DNA of 64,000 bases, from the NCBI GenBank assembly GCA_039931685.1, contig JBDTRK010000002.1:11253-75252 (forward strand). Direction: 5' to 3'. Every line of letters begins with the position of its first letter. Position 1 is the first letter of the stretch. Source of the stretch: Betaproteobacteria bacterium. GTDB taxonomy: Bacteria; Pseudomonadota; Gammaproteobacteria; Burkholderiales; JACQAP01. Under the pieces are notes generated by a model, which did not search any database, was not told the DNA's origin, and saw only the letters and a program-made list of their open reading frames with translations. The position numbers and the translations under genes are program-made. Positions 1 to 7,800 of this stretch are shown piece after piece.

Positions 1-1
1 G

Positions 2-124
2 GATTTCACGATTCGCTACCGGGCGCAGCGCATCGAGGGGCCGCGGAACGCTTCGGGGAAGGACGCCCGGCCTCAGGTATGGGTCAGCTTGAAGCAGTCA
101 CGGGAATACACGTGGTTGCCTTAA
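2..124 (+). CDS. 3' end of an unidentified upstream gene (partial, runs off the window start)
   Basis: Frame 2 is open from the window edge to TAA at 122-124, with mostly G/C third positions like neighbouring genes. No recognisable motif in the ~40 aa visible. Confidence 0.3.
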   Translation, partial: DFTIRYRAQRIEGPRNASGKDARPQVWVSLKQSREYTWLP

Positions 125-128
125 CAAT

Positions 129-144
129 AGGCACGGAACGTGCG
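129..144 (+). promoter_or_regulatory. Candidate sigma-54 (-24/-12) promoter upstream of the first pilin gene
   Basis: aGGCACGgaacgTGCg: GG at 130-131 and GC at 142-143 with canonical 12-nt register. It matches TGGCACG-N4-TTGC except at two flanking T positions and lies ~64 nt upstream of ATG 208. Confidence 0.4.
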
Positions 145-207
145 ACTTCTGCAGTGCTGAAGGGCGCCGGACCGCATCGAAGGGTTCGTTTAACAGGAGA
201 AAGTGCA

Positions 208-702
208 ATGAATATTGGCCGGAAATACACATTACCGCAGCACAGCCGCGGCTTCACCTTGATCGAACTGGTCGTCACCATCAGCGTAATCGCCATCCTG
301 GCGGCGGTGGCTTTGCCACGTTACATCACGCTGCAAACCCAGGCGCGAGCCGCAAAAGCGCAGGCGATCTACGGAGGCGTGCGTTCGGCCGCCGCGCTGG
401 CGCATGCGCAAGCGATTGCGACCAACATCACCGCATCGGGCGCGGCTGCGATCACGATGGAAGGCCAGGCGGTCACGCTGATCAATGGCTATCCGACCGC
501 CGACCTCCCAGGCATCCAGACCGCATTGCAGATCACCAATGCGTCCGAGGACATCAACATCACCGTTGGCGGCGCAGGCCCGGGCTCCCTAATGACGATC
601 GACATCAACGGCGGGACGGTACCCAACTGCCGGGTGAATTACACGTCACCCGCGGCTGGAAATTCATCCCCGATCATCAGCGTTGATCCGAGCGCATGCT
701 GA
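208..702 (+). CDS. mshB: MSHA-family prepilin-type minor pilin (MshB position)
   Basis: RBS AGGAGA at 195-200, ATG at 208. N-terminal methylation/cleavage motif ...HSRG|[24 protein letters not shown]. First gene of the pilin block. The 79-207 extension of the ORF was rejected. Confidence 0.8.
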   Translation: MNIGRKYTLPQHSRGFTLIELVVTISVIAILAAVALPRYITLQTQARAAKAQAIYGGVRSAAALAHAQAIATNITASGAAAITMEGQAVTLINGYPTADLPGIQTALQITNASEDINITVGGAGPGSLMTIDINGGTVPNCRVNYTSPAAGNSSPIISVDPSAC

Positions 703-780
703 AGCGGAATTGACAGGCCAGGCCAGCAGATACACGTGGACTCGAATTTCTTTGTCCGAACTTTAAAAAAGGAGAAGCAA

Positions 781-1194
781 ATGCAAGCGAAACAAAGTGG
801 TTTTACCCTGATCGAACTGGTGGTCGTGATCGTGATTCTGGGCATCCTTGCTGCCACCGCGCTGCCGAAGTTCATTGACTTGTCGAGCCAGGCTCGCTTG
901 GCTGCTGTACAGGGCGTGGCTTCCGCTGCAACCTCCGGCTTTGCCATCAACTACGGCGCAAAGAAGGCCAGTGCATCCGGTGCGACGACGATTGCCGGCG
1001 CTCAAGCGGCAACTTGCACACTGGGCACGCTCGGAAGCGTCATGACTGGCGGAGTCCCCAGTGGTTATACTATCGGCAATGGTAGTGTCGCCACGAGTTG
1101 TGTTGGCAACGACGGCGCGACGGGTACCTGCACCGTTCAGGATACGCAGTTGGCTTCCGCGTCCGCGACCGTGACTTACATCTGCGCGAACTGA
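781..1194 (+). CDS. mshA: MSHA major pilin
   Basis: RBS AAGGAG, ATG at 781. Short leader MQAKQSG|[24 protein letters not shown], very close to the V. cholerae MshA N-terminus as I recall it. C-terminal Cys pair. Followed by a terminator hairpin. Confidence 0.85.
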   Translation: MQAKQSGFTLIELVVVIVILGILAATALPKFIDLSSQARLAAVQGVASAATSGFAINYGAKKASASGATTIAGAQAATCTLGTLGSVMTGGVPSGYTIGNGSVATSCVGNDGATGTCTVQDTQLASASATVTYICAN

Positions 1195-1216
1195 GTCGAT
1201 TCAGCATGGAAAGACT

Positions 1217-1252
1217 GCGCCGGACGCCTGTTGGCCATCCGGCGCATTTTTT
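1217..1252 (+). terminator. Rho-independent terminator/attenuator after the major pilin gene
   Basis: Stem GCGCCGGA (1217-1224) / TCCGGCGC (1238-1245) followed by ATTTTTTC. Confidence 0.7.
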
Positions 1253-1279
1253 CATTCGCCCGAATTTCGTGGTATCGGT

Positions 1280-1777
1280 ATGAGGCACGAGCGGCACGCA
1301 CGAGGGTTCACGCTGGTCGAGCTGATCGTGATATTGATCATCATCGGCATTATTGCGGTCGTCGCCATTCCACGGTTCAGGGGTGTGGCCGGCTTCAACA
1401 CCCAGGGCTTCAACGATCGCGTCATCGAAAGCCTGCGCTACGCGCAAAAGCAGGCGATCGCCAAACGCCGTAACGTTTGCGTCGCTTTCGCTTCCGCAGC
1501 GATCAGTTTCACCTATGCGTCGACCGCGGGTTCCGCCGCGGCTTGCAACACGAACCTGAGTGGGCCGGCCGGCGAAAACCCGTATTCAGTCGTTCCCGAG
1601 AACAAATCCATCGTGACGTTCTCGCCGGTGCCGGCGGGCCTGACCTTCAACGCATTGGGCCAGCCGATTGTGACCTCGAGCGGACTGCCGCTAGCCGCGG
1701 TGCAGACGATCACTATCAGCGGGGACGGCACCAGAACGTTCAGCGTTGAGCCGGATACCGGCTATGTCCATCTCTGA
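1280..1777 (+). CDS. mshC: MSHA prepilin-type minor pilin (MshC position)
   Basis: Leader MRHERHARG|FTLVELIVILIIIGIIAVVAIPRF. GspH/FimT-like N-terminus. Confidence 0.8.
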   Translation: MRHERHARGFTLVELIVILIIIGIIAVVAIPRFRGVAGFNTQGFNDRVIESLRYAQKQAIAKRRNVCVAFASAAISFTYASTAGSAAACNTNLSGPAGENPYSVVPENKSIVTFSPVPAGLTFNALGQPIVTSSGLPLAAVQTITISGDGTRTFSVEPDTGYVHL

Positions 1778-2414
1778 GTCCGGCGTGGTCAGGACCAACG
1801 CGATCGGTCGCCGCCCTCGCCACCGCCAGCATGGCATTTCGCTGATCGAACTCATCATTTTCATCATCATCGTCAGCATCGGCGTGGTGGCCTTGCTGGC
1901 CGTATTCAGCACCACGGTTCGCAAGAGCTCCGATCCGATTATTCGCAAGCAGATGCTCGCGATTGCCGAATCGCTGCTCGAAGAAGTGCAAAGCAAGCCT
2001 TTCACTTACTGCGATCCGGATGACGCCAATGCGAGGACGGCAACGCAGGCGGTCGTAGGTGTAGGGCCCACCTTTTGCGCGACCACCGCGCAAAGCGACA
2101 ACAAGACCCAGCCGAGTGCCGAGACGCGCACCAACACCGCGAACCCATTCGACAATGTTGCCGATTACGGTGGCACGACCGGCACGACGACGATCAGCCC
2201 GATCAGCGACATCACCGGGTCAGGGGTTGCCGGACTCGGCGCCTACAGCGCGCAGATTTCCATTTCAGCGCAGGCTCTCGGCACCATCGCGGCATTGGAC
2301 GGCAATTCCACGCCGCAATCGCTTGCCATTACGGTGACTGTAACCGGACCGGGCAATAGCAGCCTGACGCTGCAGGGTTTCCGCACCCGCTATGCGCCCA
2401 ATGCCGTGCCATGA
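1764..2414 (+). CDS. mshD: MSHA prepilin-type minor pilin (MshD position)
   Basis: ...RQHG|ISLIELIIFIIIVSIGVVALLAVF motif. ATG at 1764 overlaps the mshC end. The ORF track start at 1746 is a TTG. Confidence 0.75.
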   Translation: MSISESGVVRTNAIGRRPRHRQHGISLIELIIFIIIVSIGVVALLAVFSTTVRKSSDPIIRKQMLAIAESLLEEVQSKPFTYCDPDDANARTATQAVVGVGPTFCATTAQSDNKTQPSAETRTNTANPFDNVADYGGTTGTTTISPISDITGSGVAGLGAYSAQISISAQALGTIAALDGNSTPQSLAITVTVTGPGNSSLTLQGFRTRYAPNAVP

Positions 2415-3220
2415 GTAGACCCGGCGAAACCAGTAGGGGGCATGCGAACGGCTTCACGCTGGTCGAAGCCGTCATCACCATCGTCATTACCGGCATTCTG
2501 GCCGCGATCACGGCGGTTTTCATCCGCGCGCCAATCACCGCCTATCAGGACGTTACGCGCAGGGCGGAGCTCACCGACATCGCCGATACGGCGCTGCGGC
2601 GCATTGCGCGCGAAATTCGCGCCGCGCTGCCAAACAGCACTCGCGTAAACGGCACCTGCACCGGCGCGGGAACCTGCTACCTGGAGTTCGTGCCGATCAA
2701 GTCGGCCGGACGTTATCGCGAGAATGGCCCGGGTAATACCCTGGATTTCACAGCCGCTGCCGATGCATTTGACGTGATCGGCCCGGGCGTAGACATAGCC
2801 GCCGGCGATGCCATCGTGATCTACAACCTCGGCGTCTTGGGTTCGGACGTCTATGAAGGGACCGACCGATTCGGTGCGACGACTACAGGAATCGCGCTGA
2901 CGACCGCGGGCTTCAGCGGCGGACCGTTCCCGTTTTCTTCGCCGGCGCGGCGGTTTCACGTTGTCGGCAAACCGGTGACCTACGCCTGCAACGCGGGCGC
3001 GGGCCAGTTGCAGAAGTATTCCAACTACGCCTTTAATTCGACGCAGCCCCAACCGCCGGCGGGAACGCCGGCCTTGCTCGCCACCAACGTGTCCAGCTGC
3101 AGCTTTTCCTACCAGCCATTGAACCAGCTCAACGCACTTGTCACGCTGGCGCTGGGCGTGTCGAAGAGTAGTGAAACCGTGTCGCTCGTGCATCAGGTCC
3201 ATGTCAACAATGCGCCGTAA
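2411..3220 (+). CDS. mshO: MSHA prepilin-type minor pilin (MshO position)
   Basis: ATGA overlap with mshD. ...HANG|FTLVEAVITIVITGILAAITAVFI motif. Confidence 0.75.
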   Translation: MSRPGETSRGHANGFTLVEAVITIVITGILAAITAVFIRAPITAYQDVTRRAELTDIADTALRRIAREIRAALPNSTRVNGTCTGAGTCYLEFVPIKSAGRYRENGPGNTLDFTAAADAFDVIGPGVDIAAGDAIVIYNLGVLGSDVYEGTDRFGATTTGIALTTAGFSGGPFPFSSPARRFHVVGKPVTYACNAGAGQLQKYSNYAFNSTQPQPPAGTPALLATNVSSCSFSYQPLNQLNALVTLALGVSKSSETVSLVHQVHVNNAP

Positions 3221-3641
3221 ACCCGAGCGCGGCGTGTCGATGATCTCCGCCATTTTCCTGCTGGTGGTGATCGCGGTGCTGGGCGCCTACATTGCCAGCG
3301 TGTCCACTACGCAGCACAGCACGGCGACGCTGGACCTGCAGGGATCGAAGGCCTATCAGGCTGCCTATGCCGGTATCCAGTTCGGCGCATATCAGGTGAT
3401 ACAGAACGGTGGCGCGTGCGCGACCACCTCAATTGGGTTGACGGGTGTGCTTGCCGGATTCGCGGTAACCGTGCAATGCACGAATACCACGTTGCCGTCG
3501 GGGTATACCGAAGGCAGCGCAACCCGGAACATTTACAGGATCATATCCACCGGCTGCAGTCCGGCCAGCGCAGGGGCCTGTCCCGGCGTGCAAGGCGGGT
3601 ACTACGTCGAACGCCAGCTGGAAGCGACGATCGACAAGTGA
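3210..3641 (+). CDS. mshP: MSHA biogenesis protein MshP-like (PilX-like, single N-terminal TM helix)
   Basis: ATG at 3210 overlaps the mshO end. MRRKPERGVSMISAIFLLVVIAVLGAYIASV hydrophobic N-terminus without the G|F cleavage motif. Position follows mshO. Confidence 0.7.
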   Translation: MRRKPERGVSMISAIFLLVVIAVLGAYIASVSTTQHSTATLDLQGSKAYQAAYAGIQFGAYQVIQNGGACATTSIGLTGVLAGFAVTVQCTNTTLPSGYTEGSATRNIYRIISTGCSPASAGACPGVQGGYYVERQLEATIDK

Positions 3642-3924
3642 GGCGGGAATTCCCTGCGTAGACGCGTGTGGATTTCGTCACGACGTCGGGGCTTCAACAT
3701 GCATTGAATCCGCGAGGGTGCGGCCGGTCGGGTTTTCGGGGGCTAATGTTAGCCCGGTTAAACGCTGCCGGCTGCGATGACCTGGAACGGCAATTGCACG
3801 TGATAAACGACAAGGAGGGTTTGAATAGCGCTCGAGTGGTGAAACATTTCTGAAGTCGTTCCAATTTGTCTCGCCGGCGGAGGTTCGATTGTTCATATTA
3901 CTACCAGCGGCTCGGGGGTCTGAG

Positions 3925-4071
3925 ATGCGAACTTTCCGCGATCGTATCAGGACACTAGCCAAGCGCATCGCTCGCGAGACGACGGCTGAAACCGGCCGTG
4001 TCCGACTAATTTCTTTCTTCGGTCTGGTTAAGAGCGCCGAAGAGTTTAATGATTTGCGGGAGAGTTTCTGA
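3925..4071 (+). CDS. Possible 48-aa small protein (no recognisable family)
   Basis: GGGGG 8-12 nt upstream of ATG 3925. Its TGA (4069-4071) sits 5 nt before the GTG of the next gene, a coupling-like geometry. My hand count gives 26 of 47 third positions as G/C, visibly lower than the flanking genes. Sequence: MRTFRDRIRTLAKRIARETTAETGRVRLISFFGLVKSAEEFNDLRESF. Confidence 0.3.
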   Translation: MRTFRDRIRTLAKRIARETTAETGRVRLISFFGLVKSAEEFNDLRESF

Positions 4072-4076
4072 ACAGC

Positions 4077-4838
4077 GTGCGCAATCGCGACTTAATACCG
4101 AGGGGCTATGCCTGGCTGGTCGGCGCCGTGGCATTGGTATGCGCATTGACGCCAGCCCATGCCGACCGCGCGTTGCCCGCCTGGTATGACCAGAACGCAA
4201 TCGCTACTGCGCCGGATTGGCATTACCGCGTTCCGATCAACGTGCCTGCGGCATCGGTCAACTCGACCGTTGAGGTCAACGTCGATTTCGCGGCCCTCCT
4301 CACGCAACTGAATGTGAATGGCACTTTTACGGCGGAGGCCGACGGCCAGATTGCCACCACGTCCAATACGCCCTTCAGCAGTATTGCCTTCGATTCTGGA
4401 AATGAATTTCGTTGTGGCCGGTTGACCCTGGAAAATGCGTTTGGCTCGGAGAGGATTGATTTGTCCATCCCGATCGAGACCCAGTACTACAACAGCCGCG
4501 GAACGTACGTGACCAATGTCGCCGACAACTGTATGGCGATCGCGCTGAACAATGTTTACCTCAGTTCCGGGACTGCATCGGGAGGAGCAACCTTCACCGC
4601 AGGAAAGGGCAATCTGAAAATTATCAAGCCTTTGAGCAAGGTCTCGATCGACCTGTGCATGGACCTCGATGGCGCGACTCCGACGGATTCCAGTTACGTG
4701 GTATCGACTCTGGCCAACATGCCTTGGTTGCAATGGAAATGGTCGGGTGCGACCTTCGATAACGACCCCAAGGCACGAGCCACTTTCGGCGTCTTCAAGA
4801 ACGCCGATGAGTTAGTCTATCTGCGCGAGGTTTATTGA
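4077..4838 (+). CDS. Truncated MshQ paralogue ('mini-MshQ'): signal peptide, unique ~95 aa, then a copy of the MshQ C-terminal module
   Basis: GTG start. Signal peptide ...LVGAVALVCALTPAHA. Residues from ~RCGRLTLENAFGSE to the end are colinear with the last ~140 aa of MshQ (RYGRLKLGNAFGSE...YLRENF), including a long block that is identical except for one residue (A/G): AIALNNVYLSSGTASGG(A/G)TFTAGKGNLKIIKPLSKV. Confidence 0.8.
   Translation: MRNRDLIPRGYAWLVGAVALVCALTPAHADRALPAWYDQNAIATAPDWHYRVPINVPAASVNSTVEVNVDFAALLTQLNVNGTFTAEADGQIATTSNTPFSSIAFDSGNEFRCGRLTLENAFGSERIDLSIPIETQYYNSRGTYVTNVADNCMAIALNNVYLSSGTASGGATFTAGKGNLKIIKPLSKVSIDLCMDLDGATPTDSSYVVSTLANMPWLQWKWSGATFDNDPKARATFGVFKNADELVYLREVY
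4506..4643 (+). repeat. Copy 1 of a 138-bp near-identical direct repeat (inside mini-MshQ)
   Basis: Hand alignment with 8858-8995 at a constant offset of 4352 bp gives 6 mismatches in 138 bp. The core 4536-4643 has 1 mismatch in 108 bp. Confidence 0.9.
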
Positions 4839-4846
4839 CTCGATGA

Positions 4847-7800
4847 ATGCCCGCAAAACGGCATGCCGCGATTCTGGGGGCGGCAATGCATAGATGGCGC
4901 AAATTCGCAGCAGCCTGCGTATTGTTGATCGCCGGATGCATCGCCGCATCGAACGCGGGGGCCGCCGCACGCTTTGCGCGCAGCACCGGTAACTGGAGCA
5001 CGATCACGTGGTCTGCGACCAGCTGCGCCGCAGGAACGGGCGCCGCTCTGCCGACTTCTGCTGACGATGTCACGATCTGCGACGGCGTCACGGTGACGGT
5101 AAATATTTCGCCGACGGTACTCTCCATCAGCATCCCCAGTGGCGGCACGCTCACAACGCTGCAGATCACTTCCGCGCAGACCTTGACGGTGACGGGCAAT
5201 GTGACGGCGACTGCGGGTACGGGTAGCGGCGACAACAAGCAGATCCTGTTGTCGAGCAATGCCGTGTTCAACGTCAATGGAGACGTCACTCTTAGCGGTA
5301 ACGGCAACGACAATCGATTTGCGCTACTTCAGCTTAGTGGCGCAACGGTAACCATCGGCGGCAACCTTGTCATCGATGGCCTCGCGGGCAACAACCGGGC
5401 GCGCGTTACTCTTGCCAATACATCCACCCTGACTGTGAATGGCTCCATTACGCTGAGCACGGGTGGATTGCTCAACAACGGTAGCGCCACGAGTTGCGTG
5501 ATCAATTTGCGAGGCGATTTCAATCACGTGGCCGCCGACAACGACTATGTAAGCACCGGCGGCATCTTCCAGGTGGTCGGTGCCGGCGCGCAGGCTTTTG
5601 GCGGTGGTGCCGGCATCACGACGACGTTCTATCAGTTGGTGATCAATAAAACCTCGGGCGATTTGACGCTGGGCCACAATACTTTGGTTTCGGGCGGCGC
5701 CGCCAGTTCGCTGCTGGTGCTTACCCAGGGACGCATCGTGACGGGCGCAAACTCCTTTGCGGTCGGTGCTGCGGGAGCGACTTCCACGACCATCAGCGGG
5801 GCCAACGCAGCGAGCTACATCGTGGGCAACCTGCGCCGCTACATTCCGACCGGTACCCAGTCGGGCATCGTGTTCCCGGTCGGTGGCAGCACCGCGGGCA
5901 AGTATGCCCCGGTGCAAATCGATTTTCCCAATGTGACTGCGGCGGGCTACTTCCAGGTCGCCGCCTCGACCGTCGACACAGACCATCCCAATATCGGGAC
6001 GTCCGCACTTGATTCCGCAAACAGCGTCAACCGGTATTGGTCCCTGACCAATACCGGCGGCATCACGTTCAGCGGGGCCACGACCGCGAACGTGACCTTC
6101 AACTATCCGACCAGCGACATCGACAGTGGTGCCGACACGTCCGCCTTCCTGGTCGGCGATTTTTCGGGCGGTGCGTGGACTTATCCGACAACGGGTACCC
6201 TGACATCGAATAGTACGCAGATGACCGGATTGACGGCCGCCGCCATCGGCGGGGATTTCGCCATTGCCCAGTTGACTGGTCCCTATTCCTATTGGCGTAT
6301 GAACGAAACTTCATGGAATGGTACGGCCTCCGAAGTCGGAGACTTCGGCAGCAGCGGCAATCCCGGCACGGCCGCAAGTCTCTCCGCAACCAAGCCGACG
6401 ACCAGCAATACATCGCCCGCGATCAGCGGCAGCCCGGGCACATGCCGTTACGGCGTGTTCAACCGTACCAACAAGGATTACATCGCGCTGCCTGCGGCGT
6501 ATCCGAATCTTGCGACCAGCAGTTTCACGACTACGGCCTGGATTCGGACGACGGACAGAACACAGTCGGGCCAGCGTATCCTGATCGACGATGAGGGCAC
6601 GACCGGCGGCTGGGGATTCAGCCTTGGGGATGGCGCATCCGGTGCGCTGCGCTTCTATACGCGCGGGTCGGCGACCAATACGCTCGATACCGCCGCATTG
6701 ATCAACAACAACACTTGGTATTTCGTCGCGGTCACACTGAACATCAGCGGCACCACCACGGTGGCGACGATATATGTATACAACACCTCAGGGACTTTGG
6801 CCGGTTCGGCAACGACGACCTGGACCGCCTTCACCTGGGGCAATGATCCCGGTCCGCCATCGATCGGTGGCGAGACCAATGCCTCATCCGAGGGGACCAA
6901 CAGTTTCGGCTTTGCCGGCAACATAGACGAAGTGCGCGTTTACCGCGCCGCCTTGACCCAGGCGATGGTAAACGATGTACGCCAACTGACTAACCCCTGC
7001 GTAACCACCGATCACTATGCAATAGTGGGCAGCACGACGGGCGTGACCTGCGATGCTTCGACGGTGCAGATCGTCGCACACGACATTGCGCATACCGCTG
7101 TAGCTCCGCAGTCGGGCACGATACTCACACTCTCGACTTCGACCGGTACCGGCGTCTGGCAAGCCGGGCTTTTGTCCGGCGCCGGAGCGTGGGCGCCTTC
7201 CGGTGCCAATAACGGCATTGCGACCTACGTCTGGCCCGGCAGCGAATCAAGCTTTAGCGTAACCCTGCGCCAAAATACGGCGGCAACCGTCGGCATTAAC
7301 GCAATGGACAGCAATGGCAAGGCGGAATCGATCATCGAGGATCTCAGCATTGCGTTCGCCGACAGCGCCTTCCGCGTGACGACCGACGGTACCTCGACGG
7401 CAACTATTGGTACGCAAATAGCAGGCAAGAACTCCAATACCGGATTCGGCGCACAGACGCTATACCTGCAGGCAATCCGCACTGATACCGCTACGGGAAG
7501 CTGTGTCGGCGCCATCCAGAGCCAGACCACTACCATTCAGATGGCCGGAAACCGGATCAATCCGACCGGAGGGACCAGTCAGGTCAGCGTGTTGAACAGC
7601 AGTAATGCACTGGTAGCATTGGGCACCGGCGCCGGGGTGCCCGGCACTTATACCAACGTAACGCTGGCCTTCGATGCGCAATCGAAGGCGCCTCTGGTCG
7701 CCTACTATCCCGACGCGGGCAGCATCTCGCTCCACGCCCAATATCAGTTGCCTGCTCCGCCGGCTGCCACTTTCCTGACCGGTTCCAGCAATGTTTTCGT

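Noticed and set aside
79-207. Upstream extension of the mshB ORF (the frame is open to the window start).
   Set aside because: The prepilin leader must be short. AGGAGA plus ATG at 208 gives a normal leader. The upstream part more likely overlaps the end of another gene (frame 2) and a promoter.
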